In this document: positions 1-13,151 of the stretch, piece by piece | How positions within the stretch are numbered: position 1 is the first letter of the stretch | Layout: the number at the start of each line of letters is the position of its first letter | DNA from: the human T2T-CHM13v2.0 reference genome, Homo sapiens | DNA length: 64,000 nucleotides | Reading direction: 5' to 3' (one strand) | Assembly: GCF_009914755.1 (NCBI RefSeq) | Contig: NC_060940.1 | Notes under the pieces: model-generated | Database searches by the model: none | Told to the model about the DNA's origin: nothing | The model's input: only the letters and a program-made list of their open reading frames with translations | Program-made: the position numbers and the translations under genes

Positions 1-600
<600 letters not shown>

Positions 601-849
601 TATAAATATAATCTTTCTCTCTCTCTGGAACCAATGAGGCACACTACCAGCAATTAAAGACTTGGGAAAGTTAATTATTAATTGGTCACTTCTGCTAATC
701 ACAGCCATGACACCGGCTGCCTTGCACCAAGCATTCCTTCAGCATCAGGGCCAAAATCATGCAATCTTAGTGTTAAAGAGAGGGTATCTTGGAGTTCAGC
801 ATTCAACCCAAATCACAGGTGGAGACCCTGAGGCACAGAATGTATGTCA

Positions 850-1410
850 CAGATAGCGACTGATGCCTTTCCAGCATCCAGTGCCCCTTCTTCTGGTGTC
901 AGTGCCTTAACTTCCCCCGGGGAGGTATCCTCCCTGAGTTATGGCAATGTGATTTGGGTGGGAGTGCTTCCACCCCTGATTCCAGGAGTAGATACCTGAC
1001 ACTGGTCTGCCCAATCATAATACTCCATCTCCCTGGCTTTGTCAGTTGGCTCAGCAAGGTTCACATGAGCCACTTTTAGCCAATGAGGTAAGCATTCTCC
1101 TCTTTTGTGGAAACAAAAAGATGAGCTCTCATTCTGCTGGACATGTCAGCAGTGAGGAAGTAAGAGTGACACCCAGTGGAGAAAGTCAGCCTGGAGTCAA
1201 GGCAGCTCAGAGGAAAGCAGTGGCAAGAAGTAGAGAAAGAGAAAGAAAATACCAGAGATCCCACCTGGGCACATTGTTGGAATGTCTGGATCCAGCCATG
1301 CCTGAGGACTGATCTTTTCATTCAAATGAGAGTCCAAGAAATTTTTTTGTTTTTTGCTTAAACCAGTTGGAGTTGCACTTTTGTTTCTTGGAAACAAATT
1401 AGCTCTGAGA
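850..1410 (+). mobile_element. Old MaLR LTR (MLT1J/K-like)
   Basis: Diverged MLT1 motifs (CTGGATCCAGCCATGCCTGA, TTGCTTAAACCAGTTGGAGTTG). Confidence 0.55.
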
Positions 1411-1557
1411 AACACAGGTAACAAAGAGCCCAAGTTCTTTGTCTAAGTCAGGGACTAGGCTATATAAGCTATATGGGAACCAAGCATCCAGATCTTAGGC
1501 TAGTATGTTTTTTCTCTTTTTAATGAAGTGTAACACATATGCACATATCTCTCTCTC

Positions 1558-1592
<35 letters not shown>

Positions 1593-1604
1593 ATAACTTA
1601 TCTA

Positions 1605-1812
1605 TTGAAAGTGCACAAACCATCAATGTACAGCTCAATAAATTTCTACAAGTTGAACATACCTATATAACCAGCATCCAGGCAAAAGCACAGAACATTA
1701 CCACCATCTCTCCCTCCACCCACCAGAGCTTCCCTTTCTCTGATTCCAGTCTCTCCTCCTCCAGGGGTAACCACTATCCTCATTTCTAGCATCACAGGTT
1801 AGTTTTGCCTGT
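1605..1812 (-). mobile_element. L1M 3' UTR fragment
   Basis: AAAGTGCACAAA...GGTAACCACTATCCT...TTAGTTTTGCCTG resembles antisense L1M 3' UTR. Confidence 0.55.
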
Positions 1813-1867
1813 GGTTTGTTTGCTGGTTGGCTGGTTTTGTTTTACTTTGTTCACTAATCTGCAGTCT

Positions 1868-2026
1868 GGGCAGGTGGGAGGATCATTTGAGGCCAGGAGT
1901 TTGAGATCAGCCTGGAAACATAGCAAGACTCCATCTAAAAAAATTTAGCTGGCCAGGAGTGGTGGCTCATGCTTGTAATCCTGGCACTTTGGGAGGCCGA
2001 GACAGGTGAATTGCCTGAGCTCAGGG
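1868..2026 (+). mobile_element. Two truncated Alu left-arm fragments
   Basis: 5'-truncated AluJ arm (1868-1950), then a new Alu start at 1951 that stops abruptly at GAGCTCAGG. Confidence 0.85.
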
Positions 2027-2027
2027 A

Positions 2028-2236
2028 ATTCTTTCTTCACTTGTATCTCCTTTTGTATTTTAAAATTTGGAAACACGTATGTCATTAAAATACACACACA
2101 TATATATATAAAAATATCAGGGCCAGCCAACTATGGTTTCAGCTTTTTCTGGGGCAAAGCCCCCTGCTATTTATGATTGCATCTTAAATTTTCACCATAG
2201 GGTCTGGCATGAAGCAGGCAGTATTGTGTGGTGGTT
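2028..2236. repeat. Local duplication, inverted copy of 15351-15612
   Basis: Hand alignment of 2112-2236 to the reverse complement of 15352-15476 gives about 14 mismatches in ~125 nt; homology continues across the microsatellite to 2028. Confidence 0.95.
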
Positions 2237-3836
2237 AGGAATGCAGCTTCAGAATCAGACAGACCTGGATTAAAAACCTGTTGCCACCAGTTACTGCCTG
2301 TGTGGACACAAGCATGTTTATTTCTCTAAACCTCAGTTTGTTCATTTGTAATGTATCATAATATTATGACCTATGTCATAGAATTGTTGGAAAGATGATG
2401 TCTTAGTCCATTTCGTGTTGTTACAAGACAATAGCACATTATTAATAAGGTAATGAATAATGAACAGAAATTTATTGGCTCATGGCTCTGGAGGCTGGGA
2501 AGTCTAAGGTTGAGGGATTAGCATCTGGTGAGGGCCTTCTTGCTGCATCATAATATGTTGGGAAGGGTAAAGAGAGGGTGGGAGAGAGAGAGAGCAAGAG
2601 TAGGTGAATCTGCTCCCACAATAATGGCATTAGTCCATTCATGAGGGTGGAGCCCTCATTACCTAAACACCTTTCAAAGGTCCGACCTCCAATGGCAATT
2701 AAATTGCAACGTAAGTTTTGGAGGGGACAAATATTCAAACCGTAACATGACTCCTGGCTTCTCCAAAGTCATGTCCTTCTCATATACAAAATACATTCAT
2801 TCCAGTCCAATAGCCCCAGTCTTAACTCCAGCATCAACTCAAAGGTCTACAGTCCAGAGTCTCATCTAAATCAGATGGTGAGATTCAAAGCATGATTCAT
2901 CCTAAGGCAAAGTTTTCTCCAGCCATAAGCCTGTGAAATAAAAACTTATCTTTTTCTAAAATACAATGGCAGGATAGGCATGGGATAGACCATTCCAGAA
3001 AGGGAAAAATAGCATAGAAGAAAAGGTACCTGGTTCCACATAAGACCAAAACCCAGCAGGGCAAACAACATTAAATCTTAAACTCCAGAATAATCTCCTT
3101 TGACTTCATGTCCTGCCTTCCAGGTACACTAGGGTAGGAGTTGGGCCATCAAAGCCTCTATGGTGTTGTTGGGCTGAGTCCACCCAGTAGTTCTCATGGG
3201 TTAGGGTCTCCTATCTGCGGCTCTCCCAGGCTGGTGCTACACGTTGATAGCTCTGCAGTTCTGGGGTCTTGTTGGTGGCTTCACCCCTACAGTTCCACTG
3301 GGTCTAGTAAGGACTCTCTGGGGCAGGTCTGATCTTACAGTTATGCCCAGATATTGCCCTGATGGGGGCTCTCTGAGGTAGTCCTACCCCTTTAACAAGT
3401 ATCTATCTGGGCCGCCAGGCAGTCTGCGACATCCTTTGAAATCCAGCTGGAGGCTGTCACGCCCCCCACAGCTTCACTCTATGCACCTGCAGATTTAGCA
3501 CCACATGGCTGCCACCATGGTTTACTGCATGCACTCTTCTGAGCAGTGATCCAGGGTGCATCCACAGTCATTTGAGCCACAGCTGGGGCAGCCAAGGAGT
3601 GCCATGCTGGAATGTGAAGAGCAGAGTGCAGAGGTGGCCCTGCACAGGGAGCCCACTGGGAGGTGTCCCGGGCTCATCCCCTGAAACCATTCTACCCTCC
3701 TAGAGCCCTGGGCTTGTGATGGAAGGGGAAGCCCCATTTTGGAGGAGACAAACGTTCAAACTATAGCAGACCATATGAGACACTGGGTGCCAGCACAGTG
3801 CATGACATGGAGTAACTGCTCAACAAATGTTGGCTA
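2217..3836 (+). mobile_element. MIR split by an MST element (pieces 2217-2398 and 3769-3836)
   Basis: MIR head and core (CCTCAGTTTGTTCATTTGTAA) before, MIR tail (CAGCACAGTG...CAACAAATGTTGGC) after. Confidence 0.7.
2399..3768 (-). mobile_element. MST (MSTC/D-like) MaLR: full 3' LTR, partial internal region, ~32-bp 5' LTR stub
   Basis: LTR 2399-2746 (TGTCTTAGTCC...GGACAAATATTCAAACCGTAACA), MST-int 2747-3736, LTR terminus TTTTGGAGGAGACAAACGTTCAAACTATAGCA 3737-3768. Confidence 0.85.
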
Positions 3837-4284
3837 TCCTAATTAGACATTGAGTAAATGTTTTTTGAATTCCTGTTGAACTGAACAGCCAGATCCTGTT
3901 TAAAATTAAACAAACAAACAAAAAATAACCCAAACATCCATGCATCCTGAATTAGTGCTGTCTAGGTTAGTTTGTCTGAATTTATCTAGACTGTAATACA
4001 ATCAAACAGCCACAAAACAGTGCTGCAGAGGTCTCTCCTCTACTCTGCCCTGTTCATCCTATTTGATGGTTATTGATAGCCATTTAGAAAGAATGTTTAT
4101 TTCCTACACAATAATATTTTCAGAAAGAGTGAACAAGGAAGGAAAGTGGATCATAATGAGGAAATTTTATTAAGAAATTATTTAATGTAATTGATGCTTT
4201 GCACCAAGAGTCAAGGAAATGCACCTATTGATAGATGTCCACATTCTTGCTTAATCTACTTTTAGTCCTTTGCTGGGATATGTT

Positions 4285-4592
4285 GTATGTATTTATTTAT
4301 TTATTCGTAGGAGGGCAGGATCTTGCTCTGTCACGCAGGCTGGCGTGTAGTGGCACAATCGTAGCTCACTGCAGCCTTGACCACCTGTGCTCAAGTGATC
4401 CTTCTGCCTCAGCCTCTTGAGTGGCTAGGACTACAGGTGCATGCCATCACGCCTGGCTATTTTTTAATGCTTTGTGGAGACGAGGTCTCCCTATGTTGCA
4501 CAGGTGGATCTCACATTCTGTCCTCCAGTGATCCTGTTGCCTAGGTCTCCAGAAGTGCTGGGATTACAGGTGTGAGCCACTGCTTCTGCCCT
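4285..4592 (-). mobile_element. AluJ
   Basis: Antisense Alu dimer with (TTTA)n tail. Confidence 0.95.
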
Positions 4593-5114
4593 GATGGAGT
4601 ATTTAATTAGCTTGTGATTTGGAAAATCACATGGTATACACATGGCAATGAACATTCTGGAACTAAAAGCGGAGTGATTGTTTTGCTTCCAGCATCTTAT
4701 GAAAAGGAATAACTGGAAAATGTAGCGATGTGTAGAAAGCTTGAAACAGGCAAGATAAAAGTGAAGAGACTGTAAAGTGAAAGCTTATTTGGGGCTTCTT
4801 ATTTACTCAAATGTACGTTTGTGTCATTTAAATCTTGCTTCCTCTCTATGAGGTTGCTTGTTGTTTTTATTTGGTAGATAAGGAAATAAATATTGGCTTA
4901 GGGATTTAAGTAGCTTGCTCTGAATTTTGCTATTGGTAGGGGTATTACCGACATCACTGCTCTCTGCTGGATCAGTTCCTTCTACTTTGGAATGTCAAGG
5001 TTATTAACTCTGAGATCTGGAAAAGGTTCTCTGACCTTCTGTTTTACCCATCATGGTCCCAGGGAATGGCAGGGAGCAGAAATGCTAAAATATTTATTTT
5101 TGAGGGCTGGGAAA

Positions 5115-5597
5115 AGTGATAGGTGGAACAACAGCCTCTCAACCTGGAACCTCTGCATATATTACGTTATGAGGTAAAGGGAGATTGAGATTGAAGATGG
5201 AATTAAGGTTACTAATCAGCTGACTTTGAAATATCGTCCTGGATTATCCTGGTGGGCCCAGTGTAACCACAAAAGTCCTTGTAAGTAGGAGAGGGAGGCA
5301 GGAGAGAGAGCCAGGCTGATGGAAACATGACATGGAGTTGGCCTGACGTTGCTGACTTTGAAAATGGAGAAAGGGGCCAAGAGCTGAGAAATGTGGGTGT
5401 TCTCCAGAAGTTGGAAAAGGCCGGGGAACAGATTCTCCCCCAAAGCCTCTAGAAGGCATGCAGCTCTGCTGACACTTTGATTTTAGTCCAGCGAGGCCCA
5501 TGTGGGACTCCTGACCTTCTGAATTGAAATAAATTTGTGTTGTTTTAAGCCACTAAGTTTTGGTAATTTGTTATAGCAGGGATAGCGTACTCATACA
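5115..5597 (+). mobile_element. MLT1D-like solo LTR
   Basis: GATGGAATTAAGGTTACTAATCAGCTGAC, AATAAATTTGTGTTGTTTTAAGCCACTAAG, terminal ...CATACA. Confidence 0.8.
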
Positions 5598-6239
5598 AGC
5601 AACATCATTTGAGTTGCTCTTCACACAGTCCTGCCCATCTCTCAGAAAGAGAAATGTCTAATCTGATCAGGTCCTAGTCTAGGACAGTGGCTGGGTCATG
5701 TTTATTAGTTAGTGGGCTAAAAGGAAATGAATGCAAGTCTCTGATGCTTGTTTCAGCCTCTATTTCTCACAGAATATAAGTCTTAAGGATGTAAACCAAA
5801 AACAAAATTCCAAGCCTTCGAACATTTGAATGGACCCCTCTTCTCAGCAAGGGCATTCCAAAGCTAACCTGAAAGACTAGTTCAGACCGTGATGGGAAGA
5901 GGGAGCTGGACATGCCTCCTTTTTGGAATTACTGACAGAAAAGGCACGTTAAGTCTGAAACAAAACATTTGCAATCTATTCTCTCTGAAGCCTGCTACCT
6001 GGAGGCTTCATCTGCATGATAAAACTTGGACTCCACAATGCCTTATCATAACCCAGACATTCCTTTCCATTGATAACCCTTTTAACCAATTCCCAATCAG
6101 AAAATTTTTGAATCCATCTATGACCTGGAAGCCCCCACTTCCAGCTGTCCTGCCTTTCCAGACCAAACCAATGTACACATTACATGTATTGATTTATGCC
6201 TTATGTCTCCCTAAAATGATAAAACCAAGGTGCTGGGTG

Positions 6240-6535
6240 CTGGGTGCGGTGGCTCACGCCTGTAATTCCAGCACTTTGGGAGGCCGAGTGGGGGTGGATC
6301 ACATGAGGTCAGGAGTTTAAGACCAGCCTGGTCAACATGGTGAAACCCCATCTCTACTAAAAATACAAAATTAGCCAGATGTGGTGGTGCATGCTTGTAA
6401 TCCCAGCTATTTGAGAGGCTGAGGCAGGGGAATCACTTGAACTCGGGATTCAGAAGGTTCCAGTGAGCTGCACTCAGCTGAGTTAGCCCCACTGCACTCC
6501 AGCCTGGGCAACAAGAGTGAGACTCCATCTCAAAG
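6240..6535 (+). mobile_element. AluS
   Basis: Alu dimer with GAGGTCAGGAG S-type motif. Confidence 0.95.
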
Positions 6536-6553
6536 ATTAAAAATTAAGGTGTA

Positions 6554-7021
6554 CGGGGACTGTTGTGGGGTGGGGGCGGGGGGAGGGATAGCATTAGGAG
6601 ATATACCTAATGCTAAATGACTAGTTAATGGGTGCAGCACACCGACATGGCACATATATACATATGTAACAAACCTGCACGTTGTGCACATGTACACTAA
6701 AACTTAAAGTATAATAATAATAAAATTTTTTTAAAAAAGGAAAAAAATAAAAAAATAAAAAGCTTAACAATTTCAGTTCACCATGTAGATATATTTGAAA
6801 GTTTATCAATAGGTTTTACATATAGTAATTGCTCATCATAGCTTTCAAATTCTATGCAATATAGATTTTATTCATTTAAGATTTTTGCTCATTAATTATA
6901 ATTTTACTCTTTATTGTAATCTTATAAGTTTAAGTGAGCAATTAAAATAAGATTTACTAATAATTAGGAATATATACTAATCAACAGTACGTATTTATTT
7001 TTATATCTAAAAAAAAAAAAA
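6554..7021 (+). mobile_element. 5'-truncated L1PA (L1PA3-like) 3' end with ~250-bp 3' transduction
   Basis: L1 3' UTR 6554-6715, A-rich tail to ~6761, unique AT-rich 6762-7008, second poly(A); TSD AAAAATTAAGGTGTA at 6539-6553 and 7017-7031. Confidence 0.9.
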
Positions 7022-7202
7022 TTAAGGTGTAGACTGACCATCTTGGGCACATGTCATCAGGACCTCTTGAGGCTGTGTCATAGGTGCATCCTTAACCTTG
7101 GCAAAATAAACTTTCTAAATAGATTGAGACCTGCCTCAGACACTTTGGTTTACAAAACGTAGTCCTACTTGGGAGAAGTTATGCCCAGTATGCATGTGCT
7201 CA

Positions 7203-7238
<36 letters not shown>

Positions 7239-7684
7239 GTTTTTCTGCCTGTGTGCACTTTCACCCCTTAAATCTACCATCCTAGATGTTGACAAGCTGA
7301 TGGCATTATTTGAACTTAGGTTGAAGGAAGATGACAGGCCTAAACTACATGCTCCAGCTAGTTTACTCACATGATCTGCTCTGGCATTTCAGGTTCATGT
7401 CCTATTCATACTGAAGCGTGCCCTGATTCCAATTTTTCTTTATCCTTCGTGTTTATGGTTTTCTTGGGGCTCTCATGGAAGAAGAGTTTGTGGTTTGGGA
7501 CAGTGCCCAAACTATCTCAATGCTATCTTAATGATCTTTATCTTAATGCTATCTCAATGCTATCTTAATTTCACTGAGATCCCACCTTAATCCTAAGACA
7601 TACTCACTCCTTTTTCCCATTTCCTTCCCTGATCAACAGCTAATGAAGGAGGCTGCCATGTTGGCAAAGGGCCTAGGGTGTGGC

Positions 7685-8104
7685 TTTATTATGAGAAATT
7701 AACTTACGTGATTACGAAGGCTGGGAAATCCCACTATCTGCAGCCTGCAAACTGGAGACCCAAGAAATGCAGTAGTGTCATTCCAGTCTGAGTCTGAAGG
7801 CCTGAAAGCCAGGAGCCGAGCCAATGGGATGGTGTAAATCCCAGTCCAAGAGTGGAAGATTGATGTCCCAGCTCAGAAAGAAGGCAGAAAGCGAAAGAGG
7901 CACATTCCTCCTTCCTCCACTTTTTGCTCTATTCAGACCCTGAATGGATTGAAGGATTCCCACCACAACCTTGCGGAGGGGAGGGGAATCTACTTTGCTG
8001 AGCCCACCAATTCAAATGCTAATCTCATCCTGAAACACCTTCAGACACAGGTCTTTATCTTGGCACCCCATGGCACAGTCATGACACATAAAATTAATCT
8101 AGCA
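7685..8104 (-). mobile_element. MLT2 (ERVL) LTR
   Basis: CTGCAAACTGGAGACCCAAGAAA, TTCAAATGCTAATCTCATCC, GACACATAAAATTAA. Confidence 0.75.
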
Positions 8105-8640
8105 GCCAGGTTCTTGGAGGGGGTTCAAAGTGACAGTGGCATTTCCCATGATATTCTCCTACCTTACAAGATGGTATTGTAACTTTCATCACCCACCTGT
8201 TTATATCCAACCTGTCCTTCCAGACCAAACTCAGCTGTCACCTCCTCCAGGAAGCTCTCCTAATCCTCTGGTCAGACACATGCTCTCTCCCCTGCAAACC
8301 ACTCTCCACCCGTAGCCCTTTTTGCTTCCTTTGAAACAACACTAATCAATGAGAAATGATATTGCCTGAATGGTTAGAAACAAACACAAAAAATAAAAAT
8401 CAGGCTTTGCAGTTCCCTTGCCTAGGGCTGACTTCAGGCTTCATCCCTCATCGGTTGTGTGTTCTTGGGAACATTACTTACTATCTCTAAGCAGTGGTTT
8501 TCTCATCTGTAAAAGGAGGATATCGATATTGTGAGAACAAAATGATATGACGCATAGTAAGTTGAGTGCTGCAGGAGACGCTTAGTCATTGTCAGCCATT
8601 AGAACAAGTATGATTATATAAGGAATTTGAAAACAGTCGA

Positions 8641-8943
8641 GGCTGAGCACGGTGGCTCATGCCTGTAATTCCAGCAATTTGGGAGTCCTAGGCAGGTGGA
8701 TCATTTGAGGTCAGGAGTTTGACACCAGCCTGGGCAACATGGTGAAACCCTGTCTCTACTAAAATTACAAAAATTAGCTGGGCGTGGTGTCAGGCACCTG
8801 TAATCCCAGCGACTCCTGAGGCAGGAGAATTGCTTGAACCCGGGAGGCAGAGGTTGCTGTGAGCTGAGATCTCACCATTGAACTTCAGCCTGGGTGACAA
8901 AGTGAGACTCCATCTTAAAAAAAACAAACAGCAACAACAAAAC
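8641..8943 (+). mobile_element. AluS
   Basis: Full Alu dimer; flanks AAAACAGTC / AAAACAGAGTC are TSD-like. Confidence 0.95.
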
Positions 8944-10214
8944 AGAGTCCAAACCTTACTATGTTTCTTCTCTGCCAAACAAAATGTGTTTAAGTGAATG
9001 AATGCATGTGATCACTGCGATTTTCATGTGCCACATCTGGGGCTTACCGGGGTGCCTCAGCTCACCTGCTGAGTACTTGCATGGGGATGGGGGGCCCTCC
9101 TCTCTTCCTAGGCTCCCTGGCATGACCCTTCATCCCTGAGCATCTTTCCTGCTGTTCTCCAGGTGCTCCTCCTCACTGCCTGTGGGGCTGTTAGATCTCC
9201 AATGCGATCGTCTCCATCACTGTGGCAAATTACCTTTTTCCCATGCTCTTCGTCAGCCAGAAGGATTTATGGTGGGGATAGAGCTCTTCTTGGAGACTTT
9301 CATCTTCCCGTTGCTCACAGGCTCTCCACCACCCCTCCTCCCAGTTTCCATCCATCAGTGGCTCTGAGTGTATATATACATTATCCTACCTGCGTCCTCT
9401 GTTACCTTTTCTTCCTGGCTTGCTTGCTTTGAGCCAAACACAGGTAGTGGGTGGCGGAGAAGATGCACAGCCTGGTTTGCTTTGGCAGGAGAAGTCTCTG
9501 AGACTCTTTAGGAATGAGCCTTCTTCTCATTCACGGTTCTTTGGGGCTGAAATATGGTTGCGGGGAGCTTGGGAAATAGGCCCCATCCTCTTCTCCCGAT
9601 AGAATTGAGCCATCTTTTTCCTAGTTGCTGCCTGCCACCTGTGCTGAAAGGTTAATCTGTTCCTCTTCTCAACTAGTCCATTTATCATAGGGAAGTGGTC
9701 TGTTGCAGAAAATATTGATCAAAGGCCTGCCAGGTCCTCTGCTGGGTTGAAATTGAGTGTTGCAGTCAATCAATGGCTTGGCATTTGGTGGAGTGGAGAG
9801 AAGGCAGTGGCCTCTGCATGTGGCAAGGCTGATGAATGGAGGGAGGCCATTGGCAGGGAGGTCTTTCTTCCAACTGCCCCTCCTGGTTGGTGTAAAGGGC
9901 AGGTGCAACCACTGTAGCTGGTTAGGATTGGGAATCACTGGCGGGTGGTCTTGAGATCCTCAATGTCCTCTCAGATGGGGACAGGCTCTGTGTGTTGGAA
10001 AACTGTCTCAACAGAGTCTATGGAAATAATGTCTTGATGTATATGTGATGCTTAGAAAATTAAATTCATTTGAGGTGGTAGGAGTGGGTTACACTCTCTA
10101 CAAGCAAGTTTTTGTTTCCAGAAACCCTGACAAACTCCTTGCACAAATTATGCTGTAATTTAGTATTAATTTTTGCCTCCCATCCCATCAATAATTTCAG
10201 TCTCTCCGTCCCTC

Positions 10215-10436
10215 ATTTCCCTCCCTCCCTCCCTTCCTTCCCTCCCTTCCTTCCCTCCCTTGCTTCCCTCCCTCCTTCCTTCCTCCCTTCTTTCCTTCCC
10301 TCCCTCCCTGCTTCCTTCCTCCCTTCCCTCCCTCTCTGTTTCCTTCCTCCCTTCCCTCCCTCCCTCCTTCCTTCCTCCCTCCCTCCCCTTCTTCCTTCCT
10401 TCCTTCTTCTTCTCCTCCTTCCTGCCTGCCTCCCTC
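10215..10436 (+). repeat. (CCTT/CCCT)n polypyrimidine tract
   Basis: ~220 nt almost purely C/T. Confidence 0.95.
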
Positions 10437-10989
10437 AGTACTTGCCACCAAGTAGCTGCTATGTGCCAGGTACTTTGCTATACTCTAGGAACAGAGAGAA
10501 TGACTGGAGGCATTGCCTTTCCTTGAGTTTCTCCCATTCTTAGGTGGAGAAAGACTCTTGAATAGGGTATTGTCTTACAATTCACTAAGCTCTCTAGTTG
10601 AAGGATGACCAAGGTGAGGCAACTGAGATGAGAAGGCATACCCTGCTAAGGGGAGTAGCATAGCTGGGAGGGCTTCAGAAAGGAGGTGGCTTTGGATCAG
10701 TGCCTGAGAAAAGGGCAAGGAATGCATCAAGGAAGTAATGTAGGGTGGAGATGGGAGTGTGCAGATAGATGGAACCACCTAAGTGAAGAAGCCAAAATAT
10801 AAATTTGGTGTGGCAGGCATAAAGACAATTGGGCCATAGAGGTAAATAAAGCCACTTTATGAAGGTCCGTGTGACAAGCTAAGGGATCATGTAAGTGCAG
10901 GGCTTAGCACAATGTTGAAATAAAGGAGGTACTTCGACTATATTTCCTGTAATAATTGGGATTGTTGGTTTTAATGACAGAAAACTCTC

Positions 10990-11500
10990 TGTATCAGTCA
11001 GGAGCTCAGCAGAAAGTAGATGGAACACTCAATTTGGTTAATATGAATAGAGTTTAATAAAGGATCTACTTACAAAACTGTGAAATAGCTGTAAAAAGCC
11101 AGCACAGGGATAGTGCAGCACCCCAGAGAACATAACAATGGGGCACCATTACTACACCAAGTCTGAAGTAGCAAGAGAAAGAGCTGTTACTAGATCCATC
11201 CCAAAGAGAGAGAAGGGAAAGAGACAGAGAGAGAGGAATGAGAGTAGAAGTGAGAAGCGGGCTGTCTGTGACCTTTGGTTGAGGTCATCTAGCTTACCCT
11301 CAGTGATGCCATGGGAATCAAGGAATAAATGGCCTCACTCTCCTCCCTCCCTCCAGGCTCTGCCAGTGCTCCCTGTTGGCCAATCCTGCTGGAAGCCGAA
11401 CGCCTTGGGGACTGCTAGTGAAGTCATAGCTCAGCTTCCTGGGTAGTGATTCAGTTGAAGTAGGGAAGTATATAAATCCACAAGGCAAACAGGAGATAGG
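10990..11500 (-). mobile_element. Old ERVL LTR (LTR33-like)
   Basis: TGTATCAGTCAGG...AGATGGAACACTCAA...GAGTTTAATAAAGG terminus. Confidence 0.5.
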
Positions 11501-11849
11501 CAGCCCACCAGCTCAAACTGAATTAAGTCAAAGAGTAATTCATCAGGTTATGGGTGTAGAGCTGCTTCAAGCATTGCTTGTTCCAAGTCATCTTGTAGCC
11601 CTGCTTTTCTTGGAGCTGGCAGAATTTTCAGACAATATAAGATGGCCCAATACCTAGGACATAATCTATATCCAACCAGCTTAGCAACCCAAATAGACAG
11701 AAGTCATATCTTTCCTAGAAATTCCAGGACTAGCTTAGGTCCAAGTTGGGTCCTACTTCCACTGGTGAAATGACTCTCACTTAAATATTCTGAGCCTCAG
11801 TTATCTCATCCTTAGAAAGAAACAATACTATCTTCATCTAGTGGTGGAA

Positions 11850-12130
11850 AGGAAGTAGAGAATCATTGTTAAAATTATGGACTTCAGAACCATACTGCCT
11901 ATATTCAAATCCCAGATCATCCACCTGCAGGCCAGTGGCCTTGGCTGTGTCTTCATTTTTGTAAACCGTACTTTCTACATCCATAAGGTAGGGATGATAA
12001 TAGTAGCTACTTCATTAAGTTGTTCAACAGCAGATTAGGTAAGACAAAGCATTAGAACTCTTAATAGAATGTCAGAAATCTAGTAAGAGCTTGATAAATG
12101 TTGGTTGATGTTTTTGTTCCTATTATTATT
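11850..12130 (+). mobile_element. MIR
   Basis: TTCAAATCCCAG, GGGATGATAATAGTAGCTACTTCA, TGATAAATGTTGG. Confidence 0.6.
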
Positions 12131-12160
12131 ATTATCCACACATAGATTCCATTCCAGTGA

Positions 12161-12575
<415 letters not shown>

Positions 12576-12751
12576 TAAATTTCTAAACTCTAGTTATGGG
12601 AGGAAACAATGATGTTGATTTGTTTTGCCTCTCTCATCCCACTGCTACCGTCTTCTGTGAACTTATTTCCTGTTGATTCTAACTCTCCCAAGTCATTGAA
12701 AAAAATCTTCTCAGCCATAATGGTTGGTTCCTCTTGCCCTGTGTAAGCTAG

Positions 12752-13151
12752 TGTTTTAGTCTCTTTTGTGTTGCTATCAAGGAATACCTGAGGCTGGGTA
12801 ATTTATAAAGGAAAGAGGTTTGTTTTGGCTCATGGTTATGCAGGCTATACAAGAAGCATGGTGCTGGCATCTGCTCCTGGTGAGGCTTCAGGAAGCTTCC
12901 AATCATAGTAGAAGGCAAAGGGGTAGCTGGCATACCACATGGTGAGAGGGAGAATAAGAGAGAGATGATGAGGTGTCAGCTCCTTTTGAACAACCAGCTT
13001 TTGCATGAACTCATTGCCACAGGGACGGCACCAAGCCATTCATGATGGATATGCCTCCGTAACCCAAATCCCTTATATCAGGCCCCAACTTCAAATTGGG
13101 GGTCACATTTCAGCATGAGATTTGAAAGGGACAAGGCTTTAAAGCATATCA
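12752..13151 (-). mobile_element. MSTB-like solo LTR
   Basis: GGAATACCTGAGGCTGGGTAATTTATAAAG...AGAAGCATGGTGCTGGCATCTGCTCCTGGTGAGG...CATATCA. Confidence 0.85.

Larger units (their letters stand above)
5790..7154 (+). mobile_element. MER4-family ERV1 solo LTR hosting Alu and L1 insertions
   Basis: TGTAAACCAAAAACAAAATTC start, AATAAACTTTCTAAAT poly(A) region, TTTGGTTTACA end. Confidence 0.85.

Noticed and set aside
10112-10543. Pro/Ser/Leu-rich ORFs here and at 31522-31959 and 54976-55499
   Set aside because: Translations of microsatellite or low-complexity DNA
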